Source of the DNA: Octopus sinensis | Lineage: Eukaryota | Direction of reading: 5' to 3' | Length of the DNA: 64,000 bases | NCBI RefSeq assembly: GCF_006345805.1 | Contig: NC_042998.1 | Coordinates: 122,636,001 to 122,700,000, forward strand | Shown: piece after piece, positions 29,127 through 43,169 of the stretch | How the letters are laid out: every line of letters begins with the position of its first letter | Numbering within the stretch: the first letter of the stretch is position 1 | Program-made: the position numbers and the translations under genes | Notes under the pieces: model-generated | Databases searched by the model: none | What the model saw: the letters and a program-made list of their open reading frames with translations, nothing else | Told to the model about the DNA's origin: nothing

Positions 29127-29310
29127 ATATATATACAGGCATATTTTTGCTACAATTCAGTGCCTCGGGCCATATTTCATTTATAACATAAGCGTCCAAA
29201 GTGTACAAGTTTCTTTTGTGTTCCAGCCCTTTGATTTCTGAAATACCGGGTAGTAGACTTAATATTAGCATCTGGTATTTTGATTGCTTTTGTTGAGTTC
29301 ACTCCGTTCC
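27112..29310 (-). mobile_element. Penelope-like element RT ORF, decayed, GIY-YIG end missing (Nematis/Neptune-type, clade uncertain)
   Basis: IIVHSDKTRNSY, ITIKDHEENF..RLVCP, FLQIDIENSYSSI, YFDITMGVPDSAQV, GDLYRED (YRDD-like), YVKPNTNFKYINAHSNHP, SSEEIFNKYKEHYNIALEKAGY, LWLIIPFAIKLKANIAK..KHF. Confidence 0.85.
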
Positions 29311-29574
29311 TTTCAACAGTTAGGGGAACCGGAGCAAAGTTGGCACTTTATCTTCAGCTGCTCAACATGAATATCAGTCAGCCATTTTAATCTTACGGCC
29401 TATAAGACCCCAAATCAGTCACGTGCACTATATATCGCCCCGCTTTATAAGTTATAAAACATGTTGACGATAAGCAAGAGAAAAGTTGCCAAAACATCAC
29501 ACACACACACACATTGCAACATTGGTGAAATACGTGAGTATATGAGGTAGAGCAAATATTATTTGATATAGAAC

Positions 29575-29630
29575 TAGAAGAGAACGAGAAAGAAAGGGAG
29601 AAAGAGAGAAAGAAAGAGCGAGAGAGAGAT

Positions 29631-29661
<31 letters not shown>

Positions 29662-29730
29662 AAAATGAATGGGAGAGAGAGAAAGAGAGAGAGAAAGAAA
29701 GAGGCATTGAGAAAGAATGAAAATGAGAGG

Positions 29731-29774
<44 letters not shown>

Positions 29775-29790
29775 GACAGAGAAGATAAAT
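29575..29790. repeat. (GA)n/(GAAA)n purine tract
   Basis: Directly visible. Confidence 0.9.
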
Positions 29791-29987
29791 AGAAAAAGGA
29801 TATATAAAAAAGCCCGTAGAAATAAAGAGAAAGTTAGAGAGAGCAAGAGATGATAATAATAATACCTGTCCGTGGGGGCGGTGGTAATTATATTTTTGTT
29901 GGTTGTAGTCGTGGTAAAGCTAGAAGAGTGCCGGTAGTCCCCCCTCTCTCTCTCACTCATTCACTCTTTCTCTCTCACATATTCCAG

Positions 29988-30096
29988 GCGAATTGGCAGT
30001 CACTCTCTCTCTCTCTGATTCTCTCTTTTTCTCCCATGACATTCAAGCACTCCTTTCTACTGTATTTGATTTACTTCCCTTAGTGCGATACAAAAG
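29988..30096 (+). other. Candidate 109-nt exon of an unidentified transcript
   Basis: CT-rich tract + ttccag|g acceptor at 29987, consensus AAG|GTAAGT donor at 30096/30097; one open frame; no homology recognised. Confidence 0.25.
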
Positions 30097-30971
30097 GTAA
30101 GTAGGAAGATTCTATTATCTTTACAGTTTATTTATTCAACGACCAGAGAATTCACGAGAGATATTTCTAGTGTAAGGTTTAACAATTTTCACCAAATAAT
30201 AACAATATTCATGATTATCCATTGCAAATAACGTAATTTTATTTATTTATACATTCACAATTGTAAAATTCCTGATATAATTATTTAATGATTTAAGTGT
30301 TTATATGTTTATTAAACTATGATAATTAAGCCGGATTTGTTTGGAAAACAATAATTTATCTATTGACTTTTCTTAAAATCTAAAAGGCTTCTTCTTGATT
30401 TAATGGTTCAATATTAATTATTCAATGGATAAACATTTTTACCTTACATTTAAGTACTTACATTTAAACTTTTAAATTGCTATCTACTTGTAATTATTTA
30501 TTTATTGGTTTTAGCTGAAACTTTAATAATTGTTGTTCGAACACTATATTCTTTCACTATCCTTAATTTTTATCAACTGTCATCCATTGTCTTGCTAAAT
30601 CCGTATGTCAGCTCCATCCCATACCAACACCTATAAAAACTACATCAAGATGTCACTAGCTACGTAAGACTGGGAAATGAAAACAAATTCATACCATACA
30701 ACCTCAGATGGAAATTCCGTAAAATACTCTGAGAACAGAGAAGAAACTACAGGCCACCCATCATCTGTACCACATAGACAGTGCCGTTCTTTTCTCCTCA
30801 CATAGACACCAGTAGCCATTCAACCAATATTAACACCAGTGTACAATTCTCACTCTGCTTCTACGACTGACGCCTCACCTTGTTTATCCACCCCTTAGTA
30901 TAGAAACACTGAACACCTCTCAAAACCGTGATACTTTGATGAAACAATTTAGTAAAGAAAAGGAAATTAGT

Positions 30972-31110
30972 TGTGTCGGCCACGTGATGGCAGAGAACTT
31001 AGGGCATCCAATAGAACGCTACACAGTGTTTGTTCCGGCACTCTGAGTTCAAATCACGCCGAATCCAATTTTACTTTTCATCCATTCGGAGTCGATAACT
31101 TTTCGCTTTC
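30972..31110 (+). mobile_element. SINE-A head+core, no tail
   Basis: tggcagagaacttag, ctgagttcaaatcacgccg, ttttcatccattcggagtcgataa. Confidence 0.7.
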
Positions 31111-31469
31111 TCCCCCCTGTCTGTCTCGGGTGTCCTGTAACGGGTCATGGAGACAACCCTTCTTCATGAGAAAAACGTAGAAACAAACTTACATACATAG
31201 AAATTACTTTTGTTGTTGCTAAGAAACTCGCAAATTATCGCTAAACCAACTTTTGAGATGTGAGAGAAGAATCACGAAGTTCGATGTTGCAACAGCGTAT
31301 AGCACTGCTGTATGACTTACAGAAGATGTGTTCGAATCCTACAGGCAATATTACAAACTTTTTCGTCGTATATCTATATAAATACATACACACGCACGTA
31401 CTCACACATACATGATATAGACATGTGTATGCACCTTTGTTTACATGTAAATGTAGATATATGTAAATA

Positions 31470-31479
<10 letters not shown>

Positions 31480-31515
<36 letters not shown>

Positions 31516-31564
31516 ATTACACACACACAAACACACGCATATAGATATATTTGCATATACATGC

Positions 31565-31607
<43 letters not shown>

Positions 31608-31609
31608 CA

Positions 31610-31645
<36 letters not shown>

Positions 31646-31925
31646 TATAAAAGAGATAATGGTGTCATTGAGACCCAAAGGTGTCAGGTAATGCTGAATA
31701 AGTGCTATAGACAGACCATAGTTAAGTTCCAGATTCGGTAATATTGCGAATAAAGGGTTCAACGTTGGGTTTATGTCAGCGTGTGTATATAAGAATTTTT
31801 TGCGTAATAAGATAAAAAAAAACCAAGGCTGTATAGATATTAGAGCATTTATAGATAGCCCTTCTATCTATAAATGCTCTAATATCTATACAGCTTTGGA
31901 TTTTTTATCTTATTACGCAAAATAT

Positions 31926-31966
<41 letters not shown>

Positions 31967-32074
31967 CTTACATATATATACGTATGTATATGTATGTCTT
32001 ACACACACACACACACACATATATATATACTCATATACATATATTTAAATCTATATATATATACATATATTTGC

Positions 32075-32105
<31 letters not shown>

Positions 32106-32158
32106 AGACATACATATACATACGTATATATTCACTCGCGCACATTCGCTCATATTGT

Positions 32159-32235
<77 letters not shown>
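31480..32235. repeat. (TA)n/(TACA)n/(CA)n cluster
   Basis: Directly visible. Confidence 0.9.
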
Positions 32236-33136
32236 ATGTTGTGATATAATGTTATTCTTAAAAATAACTATTGGTATAAAAGACAAATCTTATCTGATCT
32301 ATTCTTACTTCTTCATACATTGCTAAAATTGCATAAAAATGACAGGAAGAAAATATTGCAAAGATTTCTTATACCTTCCTTCATGACACGTTGGTGTTTT
32401 CATTTATTTAGCAGACCGGGAATACTGCCAACAACGACCAGAATATCTGCTGTTAATTTGGAAGAAGTGCCAGAGTTGATGCAAAAATACTACACCGCCT
32501 TTGCTCTTTTTTTTTTTTTTTTTGACTTCTGGAGAATAAAACCTAAAATCAAATTGAATCTGCATGCAGGCCTGAGTAGATATATGCGTGTCTGTGTATG
32601 TGTCTGTATGCATGTACGTATGTGTGTGTATGGGTTTGTATGACTACACGAACGAATATGCATTTCTTATACACGCGTACATATCACAGTATTGATATTT
32701 TTAACCTCTTCTCACTGAACGTGGTGGAAGCTATATTGGGATGTCTCATTATAAGAACGTAACTGCAGCAAATCTGAACAAGGAAATATGGGAAGACAAC
32801 AACTCTAGTTTCTTTTTTCTTTATTACTTTTCTTTCTCTGCCTTGCATCAAATTTTTAAGCGCATCAGAGTGTTCCAGAATTGCACTGCACCAATATTGC
32901 TTTTTTATATTTTCGGACTTTTTCTACTTTCTTTACTTCCTCTCATTTTTCAACACCCATAAGAAGTTGATTCCTAATTTGTTACGTCTTCATCAAGAGA
33001 TAAGTATAGACTGGTTCCTATTTCCGGGTCTGACATTGAGCATATTTCACAGTAACATGTCATATATGTGTCGAAAAAAATATGAAGCATACTGGAAAAA
33101 TTAAAACATTCAGAATACTGTAGTTCTTGTGTTTAT

Positions 33137-33202
<66 letters not shown>

Positions 33203-33638
33203 ATTTTGTAGCAAGCTACAGCATTTTCTTTAATTTGAAACCTCTGAATATGCAGATTCGAGTTCAAAATCAGATTGGGAAATAAAATATTACTGTAGAT
33301 TACATTTATTTGCTTGAATATGTGATGGCTGCAGATGTATATCTAAGCTATGGTAGTAATTGAAACCACATCAGAATGAATTCCCGGTCATAATTCGTGT
33401 AGTTACAAGGAATGAATCGTAATGATCCTGAATATAGTCAGGTTAACATGTTTACTTGAAGATGAGAATTTTTAACCTGGCGATGTAATTTTGCTTTGTT
33501 ACCATCCATTTAATGCTGTCAAGTCAATGCAACATAAAGTCTCTCCGCATTTTATGTAGTATATATATCCCACTATCACATGGTCCATAGAGGACGACAG
33601 CAGATTTTGTTCTCTTGCAATATTCAAACCACGGCAGG

Positions 33639-34183
33639 AAGGCGACGAGCTGGCAGAAACGTTAGCAAGCCGGACCAAATGCTTAGCGGTATTTCGTCTG
33701 GCGCTACGTTCTGTGTTCAAATTCCGCCAAGGTCGACTTTGCCTTTCATCCTTTCGGGGTCGATAAATTAAGTACCAGTTACGCACTGGGGTCGATGTAA
33801 TCGACTTAATCCGTGTGTCTGTCCTTGTTTGTCCCCTCTGTGTATAGCCCCTTGTGGGCAGTAAAGAAATAAGAAACGTTAGCACGCCGGGTGAAATGCG
33901 TAGCCTTATTTCGTCTGCCGTTACGTTCTGAATTCAAATTCCGCTGAGGTCGACTTTGCCTTTTATCCTTTCGGGGTCGATAAATTAAGTACCATTTTCG
34001 CACTGGGATCGATGTAATCGACTTAATCCGTTTGTCTGTCTTTGTCCTTTCTGTGTTTAGCCCCTTGTGGGTAGTAAATGAATAGGTATTTCATCTGTCT
34101 TTACGTTCTAAGTTCAAATTCCACCGAGGTCCACTTTGCCCTTCATCCCCCAAAATTCGGGCCTTGTACCTAGAGTAGAAAAG
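33639..34183 (+). mobile_element. SINE-A trimer (tail-2, tail-2, tail-1) with TSD
   Basis: Junctions at 33871/2 and 34085/6; flanking direct repeat aatattcaaaccac at 33619-33632 and 34184-34197. Confidence 0.92.
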
Positions 34184-34249
34184 AATATTCAAACCACATG
34201 CAGGAAATTACCTCATGTCACACCGTGATGCTTCCTAATGTACTAAAAT

Positions 34250-34720
34250 TTTAAAAGTTCGCCAAACTTCGTGAAATCGAACCCCAACTAGACTTCACTC
34301 CCCAGCTTTTACTCGTAAACCCTACATCACGTTCCTGCCGAAGACACAATTATACAAATAATCCAGTCCTTACCATAGTCTCTCTCATGTGCCCAGATTA
34401 CTTTCTTGACATAAACTTCACTTTGAAAGATAGTAACTGAAAACATGTAGATTCCTCTGTCCCGATCACTCATCACTGTCACTGGGACATCAATAATAAA
34501 CTTCTAGTTACTCTGGTTCAAATTTTCTCTCTCATTCCTTCAAATACATCTACAATACATCTACGTGCTCACAATTAACCGCATACTGCTATTTCCGGTA
34601 GAGAGCGAATATTTGACAAGCTTTAAATCTTTGCATAATTTAGTTTTAGACTATACACGCATCTTTGACCAATTCCCAACCCCATTTACACTTCAAATAA
34701 ACTAGACCTCTTTTCCACTT
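34250..34720 (+). pseudogene. Possible second, very decayed Penelope-like RT fragment
   Basis: ITFLDINFTLKD and a weak IP...LRAH.R motif. Confidence 0.35.
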
Positions 34721-34969
34721 CTATTACTATCATCTTCCGTTCTACTATGTTTACCACCATTCACATATACACGCCACGTGCGAAAATGTCTCCGGTTACT
34801 TCAAGCGAAGATAATAAGCTGCCCTTGGTGAGACTTACCTTGAGCGTGTAAAGAGTCGGAACAAATATTATAAGGTATTATTTCTTACGCTTTAATTGTT
34901 CTACCAGTACAGCACCATTCTCACACAAAACACTCACAAATGCGCACACTGATGTATATTTGTGTGTGA

Positions 34970-35008
<39 letters not shown>

Positions 35009-35639
35009 GTTAGGTAGAGAGGTAGGTGTATCTTTCGTCGATGTGTGTCAGAGGAGGATGTATATACGACGGAGAAAGCAGAAAACCATGGAACTTATCA
35101 AACACGGTCTCGTATGATCTTTGTTCTACATTGACATACAGACATCGCTATGTCATTCTCGCTGTCATAAATGCAGTGAACCAAGGATTGATCTGTTGGT
35201 TACTCGCAATCAAAGAGTCTATTGTTCAAGAACTGCGAAATAAAATAAGTGTAATTAAACAACAATTCAGCGAGATCAGTCGGATGAGAATCGACTCCAT
35301 GGTACACTTCAGAGTTTTCCGTAAGGCAAACGGTAAATGACAACAGAAAAACATTAACGAAGATAACTCATTCCAAATGATACTAATGATTATGTGGTGC
35401 TGATGCATTTAGGGAAAATGTTCACGTACTTATTCTCTGTTGCTATAACTAAGCAATACCCGTGTAGCCTGATTTTACAAAATAGAAGAAAAGAAGAAAA
35501 AGAAAGTGTTTCTGGAAAATTTTACAAAGTGGAATCATTAAAGTGTCTAAAGTATGAGGTAGTATAATTGTAATTCCAAAATATTAATATATCCGAAAAT
35601 TTTATTACATATATCAAAAGCGAATTGCGAGTAGCTAGC

Positions 35640-35862
35640 TAAAATATTGGTTTCAAATTTTGGTACCCGGTCAGCGATTTTGAGAAGGGGTTACGTCAAT
35701 TTACATCGACCCCCCAGTTATCAACCAGTACTTATTTTTATAGACACCAGATATACGCTCAGAAAAGTCGACCTCGGTGGCATTTAAACTCAGAACGTAA
35801 AATCGGCAGAAATGCCGCTACGTATTTTGTCCAGTGCAGTAACGATTCTGCCAGCTCACCGC
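35640..35862 (-). mobile_element. SINE-A, tail-1 type
   Basis: aatattggtttcaaattttggtacc tail to gattctgccagctcaccgc head. Confidence 0.8.
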
Positions 35863-36001
35863 GTGCTAGCTGGTAGTGAATGTCATTATGTCACCAGCAT
35901 ACCTGTATCATAAATGCCGACAGTTCTATTAATGACAGAAATTGGCATATCACAATGAGAAAAAACCATTAATAAATGTCAGCAATCTAGTAAACATATG
36001 T

Positions 36002-36770
36002 AACTTTAACTTTGATATGTTTCGGTCAGTATAGGCCCAGGCCATGTCTAACTATATAGCACCACCCGGTGAAGTCTTTTAGTTATATATGGGGCATCAT
36101 AGCCCACTCTAGCAAAGAGTTATTATTGTTGGAAACATATCTGGGTGTAGGAAGTTGGCCCGGGATGTTTTGAAGGAATTTGTCCAGTGAACATTTGAAT
36201 TATATGGGATCCGTTTCCGTTTTGACATATTTTGGTATGGTATTAAAAAGAGCTGGATCGGTGGAGGTAAATAATTGTGACGTAATGTTACAATGTGTGC
36301 CGTGTTCGATTTTTGTAGTGGGCGGATATAGCACGGGGACCAAGCCTTGGATGGATTTTAAAACTGATGCCAACATTATTTTTGCAATATTGATGGAATA
36401 TTTCCCACATAACACATGCTTCCGGCAGCATTGGAGAGAATAGAAATTGAATTTTTTTTGTCGACCCCAATAATCAATGCCTCTCATACCGTCTATCGTT
36501 CTTGTTATTGACCTCTGGAGTTTTCCTACTTTCATTATAACTTGCTTCGTATGGGGCGGGGGTGCACACTGGACAACAGTATTCAAGGTGGGATCGGGCA
36601 AAAGTAGAGAAGGATGGTGGTGTAGATATCTCTAGATCGGAAAGTTCTCAGATTCCAGGAGCACATCTTGCGGGTCAAGTTAACCTTGCTGTTTGCGTGG
36701 GAACTCCAGCTTAGATTGTTATCAATAATTACTCCAAGATCTTTGGATGACACTAGGGAGAAGCACTTGA
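36002..36770 (-). mobile_element. CR1/L2 (Jockey-group) LINE 3' end
   Basis: KDLGVIIDNNLSWSSH, HLEYCCPV, LQRSITRTIDGMRGIDYW, FKCSLDKFLQNIP, short 3' UTR ending caaagttaaagtta. Confidence 0.82.
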
Positions 36771-36845
36771 AGGATCAGATACAATTGGAACGTCTCGTAT
36801 GAAAAATATCGCCCACATAATGTGTGCATGTACACACACACAGAT

Positions 36846-36876
<31 letters not shown>

Positions 36877-38022
36877 GTCGTCGGCTATTAGAACTACCTC
36901 ATCTCTCACTCCACTTAACCATCCTAGAACAGATGGCTGCAACTGCAGATTTGGAACCGACTGAGCGCTGCAAGCCCAATGCAGAAGATTCAATATAGTA
37001 TACCAATGCACAGTTCACAACATATTAAATAACTCCAATAGCTGCTATGTTGGATCAACCATTAATTTTAAACAGAGATATTGTTTACATTTAAACTCGT
37101 TTAAATATAAAGAGCATAGCAATTCTACATCAGTAGCCAGCCACATACACCGTCTAATTAATAGAAAAAGAAGACTAAACCTCTGACCACACGGAGCATA
37201 CTCAACCATGTTCCAGTTCGAATCTAGGCTTAGAGAAGGAAGTGCTAACTCTTACAGATGTATTATTGTGATTGTGTGTATGTGTGTGTGTATGTGTGGC
37301 TCGGACATATAGTGAGCATGCCTGATGCGTTCCTCCTCCATACTGGTCGATAAAATAAGAACCTGTTAAGTAGTGGGGTATGTATAATAGTTCAGCTTCT
37401 GTCCTCAAACTTTCAGGTCTTATGCTTTAAGTAGAGAGGATCTTATCTATAATCCTCTATTTCATGAAATATATCAACATTATCAAACACCTCAAATATC
37501 CAGCAACTGTAGTACCAAGGATTTCAATACTCAACTGTATTACTAATACCCTTAACAACAATAAGAGTACCTAGTACCTTAACAAGAACGCCGACAACAT
37601 TTAGTCTGCCAAGTGTCATAAAAAACAGCAAATTTCCACAACCATCATTACGACAACAGCTTTAATAGCGGAATAAGAATTTCCGTCCAGATATTCAGAA
37701 ATACAGTCTTTCTATTTCTGAGTCAGTTATCAGCGTATTCATTCGCTTAGTCACCAACTTATAGATCTCTGTTATAGATCTATTAATAAAAAAAGTTTAT
37801 AGCGCAATAACAACAGTGCAATATTGATTTCTGATTTTGTCAAAGCAATGAGACAGTATATATGTTATCCCCACCTGATTGGCAAAAGACAAATTTTGGC
37901 ACTTGAACTCGTAATGTATAGCGGTGTAACTGGTAACTCAGTTTCTCTGTCTCACTGCCACCCACCACATTTAAATTAAAATCTCTTCCATTGATACAAG
38001 GTCATATTTATTTAAGGGAGCG

Positions 38023-38441
38023 AAGACGGCGAGCTGGCAGAAACGTTAGCACGTCGGGCGAAATGCGTAGCCGTATTTCGTCTGCCGTTACGTTATGAGT
38101 TCAAATTCCGCCGAGGTCGACTTTGCCTTTCATCCTTTCGGGGTCGATAAATTAAGTACCAGTTACACACTGAGGTTGATGTAATCGACTTAATCCGTTT
38201 GTCTGTCCTTGTTTGTCCTCTCTGTATTTAGCCCCTTGTGGGTAGTAAAGAAATAGGTATTTCGTCCGCCGCTGCGTGCTGAGTTCAAATTCCGCCGAGG
38301 CCGACTTTGCCTTTCATCCTTTCTGGGTCGATAAATTATGTACCAGTTACGCACTGGGGTCGATGTAATCGACTTAATCCGTTTGTCTGTCCTTGTTTGT
38401 CCCCTCTGTTTTTAGCCCCTTGTGGGTAGTACAGAAATATA
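38023..38441 (+). mobile_element. SINE-A dimer (tail-2, tail-2) with 14 bp TSD
   Basis: Junction 38255/6; TSD tatttaagggagcg at 38009-38022 and 38442-38455. Confidence 0.93.
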
Positions 38442-38544
38442 TATTTAAGGGAGCGGTATAGCTGATTAGTACTTAATTTATCGTCGTTAGAAGGAGTTTG
38501 ATCGCCAAACGAAACGACGGAACTTAAACTAAATGCTGACAGTG

Positions 38545-38670
38545 TTAAACTGGTACTTATTTGATCGACCTTCAAAAGGATGAAAAGCAAAGTCAACATC
38601 CTCGGAAAATCAATTCAGAACGTAAAGACGGACGAAATACCGCTAAGAATTTTGCCTGTTGTGCTAAGAA
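38545..38670 (-). mobile_element. SINE-A fragment
   Basis: aactggtacttatttgatcgacc...gacggacgaaataccgctaag. Confidence 0.75.
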
Positions 38671-38752
38671 TATATTGAGAATAATTCGATGGAAAATATC
38701 TCCAATGGTTATAACTATGTATTGGTATAAATATTTTAAGCAAGTGCAAAAA

Positions 38753-38857
<105 letters not shown>

Positions 38858-39597
38858 GAACACGTGTGTTAGAATGTTAACAAGAATGCACAGCAAAATA
38901 CATCATTTTATCTGATCAGTGATATTTACTGATTTCGAAAGACTGAAAACAGAATGAACGGTAAAACAACAAAATATTTTCGTACTGCAAATACATGCAG
39001 TTACACCTCTTTCTGTCTCAGTCATCTCAACATAACTTTAGCAAAATATAGTAAAACCTGAGAAGAAAGAAAACTTCTTTAATCACTTTTCAAAATTTCC
39101 ACCGAGTTTAATTAACTGTACAAGGCAATGGGATATATTTTGATGTTCTAGAGATAGATCGCAGAATAGACTGTAACGTACACTCAGAATTGCATTCAAG
39201 GATGGCTGCTGTGCTTCAAAAGGGAAAATCCAATTATTCACTTGATATTTCTATGGAGTTAAAAATATTGTTGTACTGGTTAACCAGTTTTGTACTTTGG
39301 AGGAATATTCAGTCTAACTAAAATACGAATCAATATCATATCTATATTCTCTACCAACACGCACACACACACGCACACACACACACACACACACACATAC
39401 ACACACACACACAAAATGTCTTTGATAGTCTGATGCAGCTTAGGTATATCTGTGTATGCGTACGGAGATACCTATATACGAATCAGAAACATGTCTCAGA
39501 TAGTCTCTGTTAGGTATATATGCTTGTTTGTGGGTGTATGTGTATGTGTGCATGTATGTGTATTTCTCTCTCTCTCTCTATATATATGTATATGTAT

Positions 39598-39870
<273 letters not shown>

Positions 39871-41404
39871 AAAACATATATACATATATATGAGTGTATG
39901 TATATATATATATATATATGCATATGCACATTTTTATGAATTTATGTATGTGTTCACGCAACAATACACAAATCACATGTTCACGAATAATGATATACTC
40001 GTGTTTGTATTCATGTATATATATACCTCTCTATACGTATTGACGCATGTGCGAGGGTGTGGATGTGCTTTAGATATAGATAGCACGATACGCTCATGTT
40101 AGTATAGATATATGTATACGTACAAAAGTGTATTAACGTGTATGAGTAAGTATTTGAGTGTGCTTTAGATATAGATAGTACAGCAGATCATATGAAAGAA
40201 ACATTAAAGTAAATTATTTCTTTTTTTATTGTTTAATTCCTCTTAAAGTTACCCTGTGTTCTTTTAATCTTGTTTCATAACCATTATTCCATATGATTTG
40301 TTCTTGTAATACTAACGGACTCGCCATACCATGAATGAAGAAATATAGTAAAAGAAAAAGAAAAAGAAAAAGAAAAAATGCTTCTGATCTGACTACTATT
40401 TCAACAAGCGGTGAAATAAATCAATGGATGAAGGACAAAAATCAATATTTGGTGGGAGTATCTGAAGAAAATAAAATAAGGTCGTCATATGATTCTTTAA
40501 TTATATTATAGAAACGACGTAATATTGTACAGAAGGGAAAAGCCGAAAGAGTTGGGGGCCAGGTCTTTTCCTTTCGAACGGAAACATCATTGTCTTCTGG
40601 CATACAGTGAAGGCGAGAGAGGAAGGCTTGACCTGCACTAAATTTTATGAAAGTTGGGTGACAGTTCCTTGTTTAATCCCATGTCAAACCAGACGAGCAG
40701 AGCTCTGAGCAAAAACCCATTAAAGCTATGTTCATCTTATTATTCATTTATGTATTTTCGTTTAGGCATCTTGTATCTAGAACTACATTATCCAGTATAA
40801 TCTTCCTATTTTTTTTCTCAAGACAGGATGGTACAATTTAAGGGAGATTTGTCTGCTCTTTCTAACAGCTTAGCATAGTCGCAGTGGCTAGTTTATTTTT
40901 GTACTGCTACCGACTTTGAGTGTAGATTGACAACAGTTTAAGAGAAACTTGTTTTCGTGTTTACGACAATCTGGATTATGTGTTGTGTACCGACTGAATG
41001 GCCTGTGTGACTATCCACTTTGGGGGATTTTTTATGTCTAACAATATTTATAAAATCATTTTACTTGTAATTCTTAATAAACAAATATTTTTTTTCTATA
41101 TCATTCACATTTATTTTTCTGTTTTTGTCGTTGTGATACATTTCGTTCATTCTCGCAAACAAAATAAAGTTGATAGTTATTTTTATTATAAACAGCCTCT
41201 CCATCTTCCTCCTCCTCCCTCCCCTCCTCCTCCTTCTCATCATCATCATCGACACTCAAACAACAGTCACACCATCCAGCATGTTTTCACTTTTTTTACA
41301 TGAGGCAGCAAGCAGGCATTAATTTATAATAGCAACAGCAGCAGCAGCAACAACGAAAACAACAACAACAACAATAATGATAAGAACACCAATAATAATC
41401 ACCC

Positions 41405-41541
41405 TTTCTACGATAGGCACAAGGTCTGATATTCGGGGTGGCGTGGGATTGGTCGATTGCATCCACCCTAGAGCACAACCGGTATTTATTTTATCGATTT
41501 CGATTAGATGAAAGGTAAAGTCGATCTCAGTAGATTTTGAA
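41405..41541 (-). mobile_element. Old SINE-A, tail-1 type
   Basis: ttctacgataggcacaagg...gatgaaaggtaaagtcgatctc. Confidence 0.7.
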
Positions 41542-41544
41542 TAA

Positions 41545-41545
41545 C

Positions 41546-41580
<35 letters not shown>

Positions 41581-41599
41581 CACCACCACCACCACCACG

Positions 41600-41643
<44 letters not shown>

Positions 41644-41685
41644 CACTACTACTACTACTACTACTAATAATAATAATAATAACAG
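41545..41685. repeat. (ACT)n-(ACC)n-(ACT)n-(AAT)n compound array
   Basis: Directly visible. Confidence 0.95.
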
Positions 41686-41899
41686 TAATGTGCTTAGTAG
41701 TGTTCTTACGAAAAGTTCTCCTCCTTGGTATGGCCAGAGCCATCAGGAAGGTATTAGACAGTTGACAAAAACAAACAGCTTGATATCGTAGACAGCAGAT
41801 AGCAAACCTGATATGCAAGCAAGACTCTAAGAGTTCCAGCAAAGCCTGAGTTAAACGATTGATGATGATGATGATGATGATAATAATAATAATAATAAT

Positions 41900-41984
<85 letters not shown>

Positions 41985-41986
<2 letters not shown>

Positions 41987-42195
41987 GCTTTAAATTTTTT
42001 CACAAGGGCAGCAATTTTGGGAGAGGAGTGAGTCAATTACATCGACCTCAGTGTTCAACTGGTACTTAATTTATCGATCCCGAAGAGATGAAAAGTAAAG
42101 TCGACCTCGGTGGAATTTGGACTCAGAACGCAGCAACAGGCGAAATACCACGAAGCATTTCGTCCGGCGCACTAACGATTCTGCCAGCTGGCCCC
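41985..42195 (-). mobile_element. SINE-A, tail-1 type, between (AAT)n and (AAC)n tracts
   Basis: cacaagggc tail, gtcgacctcggtggaatttggactcagaacg core, gattctgccagc head. Confidence 0.85.
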
Positions 42196-42198
42196 CTT

Positions 42199-42238
<40 letters not shown>

Positions 42239-42317
42239 GCAACAAAAACAAAAACAAAAACAAAAACAACAACAACAACAACAACAATAATAATAATAAT
42301 AATAATGATAATAATAA

Positions 42318-42897
42318 TAGTCTTTTCTACTGGAAGCACAAGACCTCAAATTTGGTGGGAGGGATTAGTCTATTACATCAACCCCAGTACTCAACTGGTA
42401 CCTAATTTATCGACCTTGATGATGAACGGCAAAGTCGACCTCGGCGGAATTCGGACTCAGAACATAGCGACAGAAGATATACCTATTTCTTTATTACCCA
42501 CAAGTGGCTAAACACAGAGAGGACAAACAAGGACAGACAAACGGATTAAGTTGATTACATCGACCCCAGTGCGTAACGGGTACTTATTTAATCGACCCCG
42601 AAAGGATCAAAGGCAAAGTCAACCTTGGCGGAATTTGAACTCAGAACGTAACGGCAGACTAAATACCTATTTCTTTACTACCCACACGGGGCTAAACACA
42701 GAGGAGACAAACAAGGACAGACAAATGTATTAAGTCGATTGCATCGACCCCAGTGCGTAACTGGTACTTAATTTATCGGTCCCGAAAGGATGAAAGGCAA
42801 AGTCAACCTTGGCGGAATTTGAACTCATAACGTAGCGGCAGACGAAATACTGTTAAGCATTTCGTCCGGCGTGCTAACGTTTCTGCCAGCTCGCCGC
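42318..42897 (-). mobile_element. SINE-A trimer (tail-2, tail-2, tail-1) inside (AAT)n
   Basis: Junctions 42667/8 and 42483/4; 184 bp middle unit. Confidence 0.92.
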
Positions 42898-42942
42898 TGT
42901 AATAATAATAACAACATCAACAATAATAATAACAATAATAAT

Positions 42943-43095
42943 TCGCTGGGGACTGTGTGAAAAGTACGGAAAAGTACAAAAATGGTACAAACATGAACCA
43001 GTGGCCGTCACTGAGAACAATGAATATAAAATTCGGTGAGATTTTACAATTCGATGTGATTCCCTAATCGATGCTCGGAGACAGAACAATTGAAA
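42943..43095 (+). mobile_element. R4/Dong-like LINE fragment
   Basis: RWGLCEKYGKVQKWYKHEPVAVTENNEYKI directly after (AAT)n. Confidence 0.75.
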
Positions 43096-43169
43096 CCCGG
43101 AGCTCTGAGAATTGAAATACGATGATGATAATGGTGGTGATGATGATGATAATAAGAATAAGTATAAGG

